A DNA stretch of 64,000 bases from an uncultured Gammaproteobacteria bacterium (GCA_964511375.1 CAZEEW010000006.1:279-64278), one strand, 5' to 3'; counted from the first letter of the stretch, positions 40,315 to 49,940 are shown. The notes: a model not told the origin generated them from the letters alone. Numbers and translations are program-made.

Positions 40315-41337
40315 CTATTGATTTAAAATTTTTTTGTAAAGCAGTTCATACTCATCAGTCATTTTATCGGCGCTAAATTCCTGAAGTGAGTAATCGCGAC
40401 AATATTTGCGACTTATTTTATCAATCTTTTTTATAGCGTCAAGCAGACTGGAGATGTTAGTAACTACATATCCAGTTGTACCATGCTTAACAATTTCTGG
40501 TACTGATCCCTTATCAAAGCCAACGACCGGACTGCCACAAGCCATAGCTTCGATCATGGTTAATCCAAATGGTTCGTTCCAAGTCACAGGATGTAAAAAA
40601 CACAGGGCGCGACTCATGAGACGGTTGCGGTCCACTTCATCTACTTCCCCGACCCATTGTATATTATCTCTTAAGTGAGGCTTGATATATTTTCTAAAAT
40701 ATTTAACATCTGGTTCATCCAGCTTCGCTGCTATAATTAATGGTAACCCAGATTTTTGCGCTGCTTCAATGGCAATATGGGTTCCCTTTTCAAGAGATAT
40801 TCGTCCGACAAATAATAAATACCCATCGTGATCAAGACTAAAGGGATAATGACTCATTGGTAACCCGTTATATATTACACTAAAATCTCGTATTTTTAGC
40901 TCTTCCGATTGACTTTTAGAAATACAAACTACTTGTGGACGTCTAATGGCGTCAAACATCGGTCGGACATCTTCATGAAAGTTACCGTGCATTGTAAGTA
41001 AAACCGGAGTACGAGCTAGATTGGCAATTGGTAAACCAATGTAGCCGGTATGGTCATGTATTAGGTCAAAATCTTCTTGGTGTGAGTAGGCCATAGCAAT
41101 GTGGTACATTGTCCAAGTATTTAAACCATAAATGTTATTAAATTTTTTCTCTCGCAAAGCCCCATCAATAACAGAGGATAATTTTGCAGAAGTCAAAGAA
41201 TCATTAGTGGCAAACAAAGTGACATCGTGCCCTCGCTTTACTAACCCCTCAGTAAGCGCGGAAACCACTCTCTCTGTACCGCCATACTTTTTCGGTGGAA
41301 CACGCTCCGTAATCGGCGCAATTTGTGCAATACGCAT
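40315..41337 (-). CDS. GT4-family glycosyltransferase
   Basis: C-terminal EPFGLTMIEAMACGSPVV motif. Confidence 0.75.
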   Translation of the reverse strand: MRIAQIAPITERVPPKKYGGTERVVSALTEGLVKRGHDVTLFATNDSLTSAKLSSVIDGALREKKFNNIYGLNTWTMYHIAMAYSHQEDFDLIHDHTGYIGLPIANLARTPVLLTMHGNFHEDVRPMFDAIRRPQVVCISKSQSEELKIRDFSVIYNGLPMSHYPFSLDHDGYLLFVGRISLEKGTHIAIEAAQKSGLPLIIAAKLDEPDVKYFRKYIKPHLRDNIQWVGEVDEVDRNRLMSRALCFLHPVTWNEPFGLTMIEAMACGSPVVGFDKGSVPEIVKHGTTGYVVTNISSLLDAIKKIDKISRKYCRDYSLQEFSADKMTDEYELLYKKILNQ

Positions 41338-41427
41338 ATATTATTCATTTTTTTGATTTAAAACACGCCATATGGTATTGAAAACTAAAAAGAACACCCT
41401 GACAAGAGCGTTCTATCAAAATACGAT

Positions 41428-42579
41428 CTATTTGTTCTGTCTACTTACAAGTGAAGCAGCAAGGAAAGTAGCAAGAGGTAACGACAAGGCGACACCAATG
41501 CTTCCCACTAGAGTTCGTACAATTTCCGTTGCAATTACCTCATTATTTATGGCTTGGGTAAACCCAACTGGAGGGTTTTGGTTAAGTTTAAATAACAGCA
41601 GTAACGGCAGTGATGCGCCGGTGTAAGTTAAAAATAACGTATTAACAATTGCCCCAAGGTGAGTGTTGCCAATGGTGTAAGCAGCACGGAAAGTTTGCCA
41701 TAGAGTATAGTTAGGATTAGCCTCGCGGATTTGTTTGACTGCTTCAATTTGACCGACTATTACATCGTCTAACACACCAACAGCGCCAATTAATATGCCG
41801 GCCAAGAGTAGGCCCTGAAAGTTTACCGGCGTATTGGTTGCTCCAATTAAGAATACCGCTTCTTCTTGTGCTAAGCCAGTTAGTCTTGTTAACTTGGTAA
41901 ATAACCAGGACAAGAAGAGAATGATGGACAAAGAAAGAAGAATACTGACAATTGCCAAATGAGCCTTTTTATTCAATCCCTCGGTAATGTAGATAATGAT
42001 TGTTAAAATCAGGAAAGAACCAGTTAAGCCAACTAACAATGGATTATGCCCGTTTAAGATCAGTGGTAAGATAAAATACATGATAACCACAAAGCTCAAT
42101 ACTAATCCGACAATTGATTTTAGACCTTTCCACCTACCAACTGCCAAAACTGTCAGGGCAAAAATTATCGCCAGGGCGTAAAGATAACCACGACGAACAA
42201 AATCTACAACATAATACTCATCTTCTCCTTGAATGCTTTTAACATAATTGACGACTACTCGATCCCCTATTTTATAGTTCTGGGAATTAGCGACATCTAC
42301 TTCAGAAATACCATTAAACGTCACGACTCTACCTTTAAACTCTCCAGTAAGCCCAAGCAAACGTAGATTTTGTTGTTTAGCTTTACTACCACCAGGCCGC
42401 ACTATCTCTCTTTCTTGGATTACTTCCGTTACCTTAGCTTCAAATAATACTTGCTGAACATTTTCTATGTTTTCGTCGGCTTTCGGTACTTGTGCGGCAG
42501 CAAAGGAAATATTAGAAAAAAGTCCAGCAATTAACAGGACTAAGAATAATATTAAGCTAGAAATTTTTTTAAATATCAT
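41428..42579 (-). CDS. polytopic membrane protein (YibE/F-like)
   Basis: Signal/TM then soluble domain then about 6 TM helices; weak family call. Confidence 0.35.
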   Translation of the reverse strand: MIFKKISSLILFLVLLIAGLFSNISFAAAQVPKADENIENVQQVLFEAKVTEVIQEREIVRPGGSKAKQQNLRLLGLTGEFKGRVVTFNGISEVDVANSQNYKIGDRVVVNYVKSIQGEDEYYVVDFVRRGYLYALAIIFALTVLAVGRWKGLKSIVGLVLSFVVIMYFILPLILNGHNPLLVGLTGSFLILTIIIYITEGLNKKAHLAIVSILLSLSIILFLSWLFTKLTRLTGLAQEEAVFLIGATNTPVNFQGLLLAGILIGAVGVLDDVIVGQIEAVKQIREANPNYTLWQTFRAAYTIGNTHLGAIVNTLFLTYTGASLPLLLLFKLNQNPPVGFTQAINNEVIATEIVRTLVGSIGVALSLPLATFLAASLVSRQNK

Positions 42580-44254
42580 GTATTGCTAAACTCATCTCTT
42601 TCTTTTGTTCACTGCGTAAGAGTTTAAAGGTTCGCGCTGTATGGCGTTTATCCTTTAAGAAACGCTCAATCCACTGACCACCTAGAAGATGCGGCAACAT
42701 TACGTAATCAGCGCCAGCATTGTACAAATCCTTAGCGTATTTGTAATGATAAAGATTGGCGATGATATATGCTTTTGAACCCTGGGCTCGAATGTGGTTT
42801 ATTAAAGTCTTCTGGTCATCTGGAGCAGGAATCGTTAAAACAATCATTTTGGCCTTGGCTAAAGGCAGGAGTTCCAAAAATTCCACATCCGCTGCATCGC
42901 CAAAAAATGTATTTATACCTTTGGATTTTAATTTGTTGACTACCTCGGGGTTAAAATCCACAACAGCAAAAGATATTTTTTTGTCCAGCAATGCCTCGCA
43001 AGCTTTCCAGCCTATGCGGTGATAACCAAAAAGCCAGACATCGTAGTTCTCCACCTTTTTGCCAACCTGACGGTGTTCATCTTTACCAAATAAACGGAAG
43101 AATGGTAAAAAGAAACGGTATAGCTGCTCGTTATAGGTTATGAGGTAGGAAGATGAAAAAATAGTTGCCAAAGCAACAATAGTAAAAATCGTAATTTCAT
43201 CTCCTCCCAGATGCCCTAGTTGCCGACCAGTAAACAATACGACAAATCCGAATTCGCTAACCTGTGAAGCGGTCAAACCAATTAAAAAGCTATTTCTTCT
43301 GGTAAAGCGCGAGGAACGAAAGAGAAAAAATAAAATTAATGGATTACCTATAATAATGAACAAGGCTAACGCGATTCCTGGCCAGACAATGTTTGAAACA
43401 TTAGACAGCCCGACTTCACTCCCGAGGATAATAAAGAACAAAACCAAGAAAAAGTCGCGTAAGGGTTTAATTCGGCTCGCTATTTCTGGTTGGTAAGGAG
43501 ACGAGCCAAGGGACAGTCCAGCGGCCATTGCCCCCATTTCAATCGAAAAACCAGCACCATAGACTAGACTCGCAACAGCAAAACACCAAGTAATTGTAAA
43601 TATAAACAAAAATTCACTTGATGAGGCAATACGGTTTAAAAGTCTCGGCAGCAAGTATTTGGCAACAAAGAAAATTGCTAGGAAAAGCAAAACGCCCTTG
43701 ATCAGTAACTCGACAATGTATTCGCTCGCGCCACCGCCTTGCTGCATAACTCCGAGCGCAACCAAAATTGCAATCGCAATCAGGTCTTGGACCAACATCA
43801 AGCCAATCGTGTAACGACCATAAACACTCTCCGTATCTTTTTTATCATTCAAAAGCTTTAGAATAACGATTGTGCTAGAAAAAGTAATTGTCACTCCTAA
43901 ATATATTGCAGAAACCCAGTTTAAACCAAGTGAATATACTATCAAGGCACCAAGAGCGGAAGTGATAAGGACTTGAATTATACCAACTGAAACCACTGTT
44001 TTACCTACCTTTTTAATGTAATTGAAATTGAGGTTCAACCCAACCACGAATAATAACAAAACAATGCCAAATTGGGAAAAGGCATTAAATAGATTTTCAT
44101 CGCCATGAAGAAGATTCAAAAACAGCGGACCGCAAACTACACCCGCTACAATATAGGCCACGATTAACGGTTGGCGCAGAAGACGAACAATAAAAGCGAC
44201 TGAGACAGTAACACTAAGTAGTATGCTGACTTGAAAGAAAATATTTTCTGTCAT
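42569..44254 (-). CDS. CPA2-family cation:proton antiporter with C-terminal TrkA/RCK domain
   Basis: About 12 TM Kef-like core then Rossmann GxGxxG (LFGYHRIGW) RCK domain. Confidence 0.7.
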   Translation of the reverse strand: MTENIFFQVSILLSVTVSVAFIVRLLRQPLIVAYIVAGVVCGPLFLNLLHGDENLFNAFSQFGIVLLLFVVGLNLNFNYIKKVGKTVVSVGIIQVLITSALGALIVYSLGLNWVSAIYLGVTITFSSTIVILKLLNDKKDTESVYGRYTIGLMLVQDLIAIAILVALGVMQQGGGASEYIVELLIKGVLLFLAIFFVAKYLLPRLLNRIASSSEFLFIFTITWCFAVASLVYGAGFSIEMGAMAAGLSLGSSPYQPEIASRIKPLRDFFLVLFFIILGSEVGLSNVSNIVWPGIALALFIIIGNPLILFFLFRSSRFTRRNSFLIGLTASQVSEFGFVVLFTGRQLGHLGGDEITIFTIVALATIFSSSYLITYNEQLYRFFLPFFRLFGKDEHRQVGKKVENYDVWLFGYHRIGWKACEALLDKKISFAVVDFNPEVVNKLKSKGINTFFGDAADVEFLELLPLAKAKMIVLTIPAPDDQKTLINHIRAQGSKAYIIANLYHYKYAKDLYNAGADYVMLPHLLGGQWIERFLKDKRHTARTFKLLRSEQKKEMSLAIHDI

Positions 44255-44314
44255 GAACGCACTTAGAAAAATACGTTGTTAGTATAACATATTTTCTTCT
44301 ATTCGTCATTAGTC

Positions 44315-45106
44315 TTACCTTATCCAACCTTTTGTGGTCCGATGAAAATAGTGTCGTTGAGCCACATAATTTTCATTGGCGGGGTTAAAGTAATATTGTT
44401 CAATGCCAAGAGTATCATTGTGTAAATTAATAAAGTTAAAACTAATCGGTTCACCACGTTGTCGGTCGGAAATTGTTCCCGCTTGTACGAATACCGAATG
44501 ATATATTTTCTCGCCGTGCCCAATTTCACGATGGATAACCGAGCTCACGTGATAATGGCCAGACAAATACAGATCAATTTTTGCCTCGCCAAGCTGACGT
44601 CTAGCCCAAAACGAGCCCCAAGCTAGTTGTCCCTTTCTGAAATGGGGTGGCACTGCTAAAGGATGATGGGTAACAATTATACGGTAATTATCGGTAGAAG
44701 AAAAAAAATCCTTTGCCCGTTTAACTTGTGTCGGGTAAATGCAACCTCTGACAAACAGCCAGGGTTTGGGGGTACAAAGTCCTTGTACCGCGAAATTATT
44801 TTGTCGGTAACTAGGCTCAACATTATCTCCAAAAAAATGCGAATAAACCCGTAACGGGTGTTCAATCCGATCTCGCAGACTATATAGCGGTAGATCATGA
44901 TTACCAGGTACCACTAAAGAATCTACCCCCACTTCGTGGATAAATTCTTTTCCTTGCTTAAAGGCCGAAGGTTTAGTCCTCTGGGTAATATCTCCAGATA
45001 TTACTAGAAGATCCGGTTCAAGTGATTTAATGGCGTCGGCCAGAAGCTTCAAGCGACCAATTTTAATCCGGGGAATTTGCAAATCCGAAACATGCACGAT
45101 TTTCAT
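44315..45106 (-). CDS. calcineurin-like metallophosphoesterase
   Basis: Motifs HVSDLQ, GDIT, GNHD. Confidence 0.7.
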   Translation of the reverse strand: MKIVHVSDLQIPRIKIGRLKLLADAIKSLEPDLLVISGDITQRTKPSAFKQGKEFIHEVGVDSLVVPGNHDLPLYSLRDRIEHPLRVYSHFFGDNVEPSYRQNNFAVQGLCTPKPWLFVRGCIYPTQVKRAKDFFSSTDNYRIIVTHHPLAVPPHFRKGQLAWGSFWARRQLGEAKIDLYLSGHYHVSSVIHREIGHGEKIYHSVFVQAGTISDRQRGEPISFNFINLHNDTLGIEQYYFNPANENYVAQRHYFHRTTKGWIR

Positions 45107-45109
45107 AAG

Positions 45110-45994
45110 TCACGGAACAATTATTTTTAAAGCCCGCGGTATCACTCGGTAGTGCAATGGCGTTTTAAACCACAACACTTCCCCATCGACACCAACTGGT
45201 AAAATACTTTTTCGGCTTCTTAACTCAAATTCATGCAAGCCAATTATACTTATTTTGTCATCATCTTTTAATTTTCCTGCGATTGCTTTGACACCCAGCC
45301 AAAGCAAACGGTAACGCGGTAGATTTTCAATCACGCCGATCTGTAAAATTTCAGCTTGGTCAGTCTGCTTATGTCGTAGAAAATCTATACCATAAAGTTC
45401 GTATTGATTATTTCCGACAAATAACCAGCTAATCCGACGATGAATATTCTTCTCGGGATGTACAATGCTTATTTCTAACTCTGGATAATTAAATAATACT
45501 TTTATGCCGGCTTTAAAAAAAGCCACAAATTTATGTTGTCCTTTTTTCCTTAAATTTTCCCTTTCTAAAACAATATCCGTGTACCAGCCAATTAAAGAAA
45601 AATTCAAAAAGTACCGACCATTTAGTTCAGCTACATCAATTTCCTTGGTGTTGCCTTGCAGAATTAGATCACATGCTGCCGTCAAATCCATTGGTATTGA
45701 ATAGTGTTTGGCAAAGTGATTAAACGTTCCGGTTGGGATAACACCAAAAATTTGGTCTTGATTAACTACATAGTTAGCAATAAAGCTAACCGTGCCGTCT
45801 CCACCCATGGCAATAACTGTTGTCGCTGTTAGGAGCAGGGCTTTGATCTTCTCTTCTGTATCCAATGTAGCAAGGCTACTAACAAAGACCTGATCGTATT
45901 TTGTTTTTAATCTTTCCGTTACCAGTTTTATTGCCCCAGGGAACCATTTTAATCCTGATTTAGGATTGTAGATCAAAATTGCAACTGTTGGCAT
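45110..45994 (-). CDS. DAGK_cat-family lipid kinase (YegS/BmrU-like)
   Basis: AMGGDGTV motif. Confidence 0.7.
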   Translation of the reverse strand: MPTVAILIYNPKSGLKWFPGAIKLVTERLKTKYDQVFVSSLATLDTEEKIKALLLTATTVIAMGGDGTVSFIANYVVNQDQIFGVIPTGTFNHFAKHYSIPMDLTAACDLILQGNTKEIDVAELNGRYFLNFSLIGWYTDIVLERENLRKKGQHKFVAFFKAGIKVLFNYPELEISIVHPEKNIHRRISWLFVGNNQYELYGIDFLRHKQTDQAEILQIGVIENLPRYRLLWLGVKAIAGKLKDDDKISIIGLHEFELRSRKSILPVGVDGEVLWFKTPLHYRVIPRALKIIVP

Positions 45995-46063
45995 AGTAAT
46001 TTTATGCTAACATTGCAAAATATCTATGGCAACCTGGCAGAGCATTATTAGATATACCGTAAC

Positions 46064-46092
46064 TGACAATACGGTCATTTGTGTGATATAAA
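46064..46092 (+). promoter_or_regulatory. sigma70-like promoter TGACAA-17-TATAAA for cassette 3
   Basis: Read directly; followed by hairpin GTCCGC-AAAGC-GCGGAC (46098-46114) and RBS GGAGGA 5 nt before ATG. Confidence 0.4.
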
Positions 46093-46139
46093 ATCAGGTC
46101 CGCAAAGCGCGGACTTCATCACCGTCACGGAGGAAACCG

Positions 46140-46658
46140 ATGTCCAAGCGCAACTGGGTGGCTATCAACGAGCTCGAGAACTACCATTTCCGCGTCCTGG
46201 TCGCGACGACCGACGACGCGGAGATCCTGGCCGGGCTCGAGCGGGGCTTCCCCGAGCTCTTCCTCGCGGGCGAGGAGGCACCCCTCTACCCGGTGCCCCT
46301 GTCGGTTGTCCAGAGCCGAGCCCGGGAATTCTCGATGCGCGAGTACCCCGATGAGAAGTGCTGGCAAGAGGACCAACACTTCATCCTGTGCTGGGGCACC
46401 TGCGACGACCTCGACATCCCGACCGCCTTCACCTGGGATGCCGACAACGAGGAGATCCCCCCGGAAATCCTCCAACAGTTCATGGGCCAGAGAGCCCAGG
46501 CCGGCATGACGGTCGTGATCGACGACCGTCGCTACCTGGTCTGGTTCATCGCGTTCAAGGTGGGCGAGGAGATCAAGCCCGGGGACACGTTCGAATCCCC
46601 ACCCAAGCTCGACAGGCTCGACCTCGTCGATGCCGACTTCGTCGACCTCGAGAGCTGA
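46140..46658 (+). CDS. acidic 172-aa hypothetical protein, GC-rich foreign-looking gene
   Basis: ORF track; strong RBS; about 65% GC with GC3 bias; no recognised motif. Confidence 0.5.
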   Translation: MSKRNWVAINELENYHFRVLVATTDDAEILAGLERGFPELFLAGEEAPLYPVPLSVVQSRAREFSMREYPDEKCWQEDQHFILCWGTCDDLDIPTAFTWDADNEEIPPEILQQFMGQRAQAGMTVVIDDRRYLVWFIAFKVGEEIKPGDTFESPPKLDRLDLVDADFVDLES

Positions 46659-46686
46659 TGGCGCTCGCGGCCCAAGGAGGGCCAGA

Positions 46687-46754
46687 CCGGGGCAGGAGAT
46701 ACGTCTCCTGCCCCGGTCAGCTACCTAAACATCTTTTGAGAAGATGTTTTTTTA
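46687..46754. terminator. tandem hairpins: perfect 13-bp stem CCGGGGCAGGAGA-TACG-TCTCCTGCCCCGG then terminator AACATCTT-TTGAG-AAGATGTT + T7; second hairpin also serves the convergent Y-family polymerase gene
   Basis: Read directly. Confidence 0.6.
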
Positions 46755-46758
46755 ATAC

Positions 46759-48069
46759 TTAAACCACTTCGCCTAAAAACGGTAAACCAATCCTCTGCCG
46801 AATGTTCTCCCCTTTTAGCAACTTACTCTTGCGTTCAGACAAAGTACCTCGGGTGTTATCATGTTGTTTTCTTCGCATAGCTAAAAAACTCGAACCTAAA
46901 AATAACGTATGTTTACCATAGCGTTCGGCTAGTTCATCAAAACTAGAAAAGACCCGTGCTAATTTTTCTGCTTTTATTACATTAGAAAATAAATCTAGTT
47001 GGTAATTTTTGTTTACAGTTAAATTCACTAATACTACCCCGGTAGCGCGATACAACGACCGAGGTCGAAACATCACATTAAAATTATCTTTAACTAAATT
47101 TATAATTTCAATCGGGATATTAGTGGCTCTGGCCAAAGTTAATTCTAAACTGTGAAAACGAAAATCTTGGGTTTTTAAAAACAAGAAGATCTTTTGACTG
47201 ACTAAATTATGTCGTCTAGCTTTAATACAAGCATTTTCAATGTTTTTAGACAATTCTGAAAAAACAATTTTTTCATCACTAGATGGTGGAGTAAAAGTAC
47301 GGGTTTTACTAATAGATTGGTAACTGGTCTTTTGGCCAATAGTTAAACCACAAACCGATTTACCATGGAGTTCTTGCCAGATCTCGTAATGGGGCTTAGT
47401 TAGATTGTGTAGAACCCAATCTTCATCTTTATCTGTAAATTCTAAAGCAGTACGTATACCTAATTTATTTAAATAGGCTGTGGTTTGCGGACCAATCCCC
47501 CAGACTTTACTAACGGATAGATCTTTAAGAAAATGGTGAATAGTTTTTCCTGGAATAAGTGTAAGACCTGAGGGTTTTTTCCACTTAGAGGCGACTTTCG
47601 CTAACACCTTGGTGGGTGCTAAACCAACCGAAAATGTCATACCTAATTCTTGATCTAATTCTTGTTTGATTTTTTCCGCAATTTTTTCATAATTCATGTT
47701 CAAAGGCCTTTGCAAACCTGTTAAATCTGCAAAACATTCATCAATACTATACTCTTCAACATCTGGTGTGTAACGGCGAACAATCTCGTACATTCTTAAG
47801 GAGTATAACGAATACGTCTCATAATCTGAGGGTAAAAAAATAGCGTCTGGGCAAACGCGTTTTACTTCACTAAAACTCATGGCCCGCTTTACACCACGAG
47901 CCTTGGCTTCGTAAGACAATGAAGAAACAATCCCCCGTTCCATACCAGTAATAACTGGCTTACCTTTTAAAGCGGGATTTTTCACCATCTCGCAGGAAGC
48001 AAAGAAGGCGTCGCCATCAATATGCAAAATTGCTTGCGGGTAGTCATAAATACTTAAGGCATGAGGCAT
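46759..48069 (-). CDS. Y-family DNA polymerase (UmuC/DinB-like)
   Basis: N-terminal LHIDGDAFFASCE catalytic motif; co-operonic with lexA. Confidence 0.85.
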   Translation of the reverse strand: MPHALSIYDYPQAILHIDGDAFFASCEMVKNPALKGKPVITGMERGIVSSLSYEAKARGVKRAMSFSEVKRVCPDAIFLPSDYETYSLYSLRMYEIVRRYTPDVEEYSIDECFADLTGLQRPLNMNYEKIAEKIKQELDQELGMTFSVGLAPTKVLAKVASKWKKPSGLTLIPGKTIHHFLKDLSVSKVWGIGPQTTAYLNKLGIRTALEFTDKDEDWVLHNLTKPHYEIWQELHGKSVCGLTIGQKTSYQSISKTRTFTPPSSDEKIVFSELSKNIENACIKARRHNLVSQKIFLFLKTQDFRFHSLELTLARATNIPIEIINLVKDNFNVMFRPRSLYRATGVVLVNLTVNKNYQLDLFSNVIKAEKLARVFSSFDELAERYGKHTLFLGSSFLAMRRKQHDNTRGTLSERKSKLLKGENIRQRIGLPFLGEVV

Positions 48070-48073
48070 ACCT

Positions 48074-48646
48074 TTAGTATTTACGGATAACGGCTTTAAC
48101 CACGGCTGCGATTTTTAATTCTTCCGCTGGTACAATATCTGGATATTTTTGGTTAGCGGCTTCCAAAAAAACATTACGACCAGATTTACGAAAATATTTC
48201 ATGGTCCAAGCACCATCTACTTCAGCAATAACAATATCTCCGGTTCTGGCATTAGCACTGCGATCAACTAAAACCATATCTCCCGGCATAATACCGGCAT
48301 CTTTCATTGAATCACCAGAGACTTTTAACATGTAGGTCGCTTCTTTGTTAGAGACCAAATATTCATCTAAAGTAAGGGTATCAGCTAACTCTTCTTCGGC
48401 GGCGGTTGGGAAACCAGCTTCGACCACTCCTAAAACGCGTAAAGACCGAAAGGTTCGGCCCGGAAGTAACCGGCCGGTTTTGTCTTTATCTAAGAAACCT
48501 TCTTCGATTAAAACTTCAGTGGTTTCATAAGCAGAACTTTTAGATTTAAACCCCAACAGCTCCCCGAGTTCTTTATAGCTTGGCATGCGATGCTGAGTTT
48601 GAAAAAACCTAACGATTTTTTGTTTATATTTATGTTTATTTTCCAT
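48074..48646 (-). CDS. lexA: LexA repressor (S24 peptidase)
   Basis: N-terminal wHTH, Ser-Lys dyad region SGDSMKDAGI ... K, Ala-Gly cleavage context. Confidence 0.85.
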   Translation of the reverse strand: MENKHKYKQKIVRFFQTQHRMPSYKELGELLGFKSKSSAYETTEVLIEEGFLDKDKTGRLLPGRTFRSLRVLGVVEAGFPTAAEEELADTLTLDEYLVSNKEATYMLKVSGDSMKDAGIMPGDMVLVDRSANARTGDIVIAEVDGAWTMKYFRKSGRNVFLEAANQKYPDIVPAEELKIAAVVKAVIRKY

Positions 48647-48661
48647 ATGCAGGTATTTTAA

Positions 48662-48675
48662 CGAACGTTCGTTCG
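48662..48675. promoter_or_regulatory. LexA operator, Cheo-box type CGAACGTTCGTTCG (CGAAC-N4-GTTCG)
   Basis: Exact match to Gram-positive-type SOS box consensus, 16 nt upstream of lexA start codon. Confidence 0.6.
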
Positions 48676-48762
48676 GTTGTCAACTATTAAATAAGTTAGT
48701 TATCCACTTAAATTCCTGCTAAAACAAAAAAGCCTATTATCAGGCTTTCCTTAAAAGTTACC

Positions 48763-49176
48763 TCAATCATTAACGGTACGACGCGCCGCTTTAACTTTTG
48801 AACGTATTTTCTTACTTGCTATGCGTCTAAGCTTAGACGCATAAGTTGGTTTAGTGGAATAACGTTTCTTCTTAACCTCAAGTGCCTTATTAACTAGAAC
48901 GTTTAAACGAGTAACAGCCAGATTACGATTACGTAACTGAGACCGCTCTGTTTCAGAAACAACCACAAGTTCTCCCCTATGCGTTAAACGATTACGCAAC
49001 TTGCTCTTAACCAATTCTTTTTCTAAGGCAGAAAGTAGATCGGAATTATCTACTCTCCAATATACCGAAACTTTGGTAGAGGTTTTATTAATATTCTGCC
49101 CGCCAGCGCCAGACGAACGAGCGAATACAAAACGTAATTCGTTTTCCGGGATATATTTTCTGCTAAAGAAGGGCAT
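48763..49176 (-). CDS. arfB: ArfB-family peptidyl-tRNA hydrolase (ribosome rescue factor)
   Basis: GGQ motif (SGAGGQNINKTSTKV) in a 137-aa protein with basic C-terminal tail. Confidence 0.7.
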   Translation of the reverse strand: MPFFSRKYIPENELRFVFARSSGAGGQNINKTSTKVSVYWRVDNSDLLSALEKELVKSKLRNRLTHRGELVVVSETERSQLRNRNLAVTRLNVLVNKALEVKKKRYSTKPTYASKLRRIASKKIRSKVKAARRTVND

Positions 49177-49178
49177 AG

Positions 49179-49940
49179 CTATTTAGCCAGGAAGATCGGG
49201 AATTTAAACCTAAGAATATAACCGTTCCTTGTAACTCTTGCGTAACGAGAATTTTTACCGATTGTCTCTTGGATTTTGAATATATCCTTAGAGCCTATGT
49301 TATACCGCTCGACATGCTCTTTTTCAGTAATAATAAGGTCCTTACTTGTACCAATTTTCTTAAAATAACTAAAACCCGCTGACTTGTGTATTTCTTTTAT
49401 ATCTTTCGACTGAAAATGACGATTACCAATATTTGGCGTTTGGTTATATACCTTATCCAATTTGTCCCGGTCAATTAAGTTAGTTATATAAGCTGGCTGA
49501 TTTACAAACAACCCTCCGGATTTTAGATGCTTTCTAATTATCTTTAAGACCCTAATCTGCAGTTCTGTAGTTGGAAAATAGTCTAAGGAGCTTCGCATTA
49601 TTACCACGTCAAACTGTTTTCGAAGATCAAGTTTTAAAAGATCAGCGCAAATCTTTTTCGTTTCTGGATTGGTATTCCCACGCAAATGTTTATTAGAAAT
49701 ATCTACTAAAGTCAGTCTCCCCTGCCCAAGTTTTTCTAACAATCGCTCGCCAAGTAGCCCAGAGGCCGAAGCGACGTATAAAATTTCCAATGGTCCTCTG
49801 GGTAAAAGTGGTTTAACAGCTTTAATAAACATGGTAATATTCTCTTCATTAGAGAAATAATTACCATAAGTCTTGAGCCATTCCTTACCCAGAACTTTCT
49901 TATCCCGCTTTAGGTTATAAGCAGCAGCACGTGAAAACAT
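49179..49940 (-). CDS. class I SAM-dependent methyltransferase-like protein
   Basis: Gly-rich motif I-like VASASGLLG and acidic motif II-like DVVIMRSSLDY. Confidence 0.4.
   Translation of the reverse strand: MFSRAAAYNLKRDKKVLGKEWLKTYGNYFSNEENITMFIKAVKPLLPRGPLEILYVASASGLLGERLLEKLGQGRLTLVDISNKHLRGNTNPETKKICADLLKLDLRKQFDVVIMRSSLDYFPTTELQIRVLKIIRKHLKSGGLFVNQPAYITNLIDRDKLDKVYNQTPNIGNRHFQSKDIKEIHKSAGFSYFKKIGTSKDLIITEKEHVERYNIGSKDIFKIQETIGKNSRYARVTRNGYILRFKFPIFLAK

Noticed and set aside
46320-46332. CCCGGGAATTC (SmaI+EcoRI) inside the cassette 3 ORF, and GGGAATTC in cassette 1, as evidence of a cloning-vector origin
   Set aside because: Both are in-frame Arg-Glu-Phe codons in GC-rich coding sequence. 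Suggestive but well within chance, so not used as evidence.
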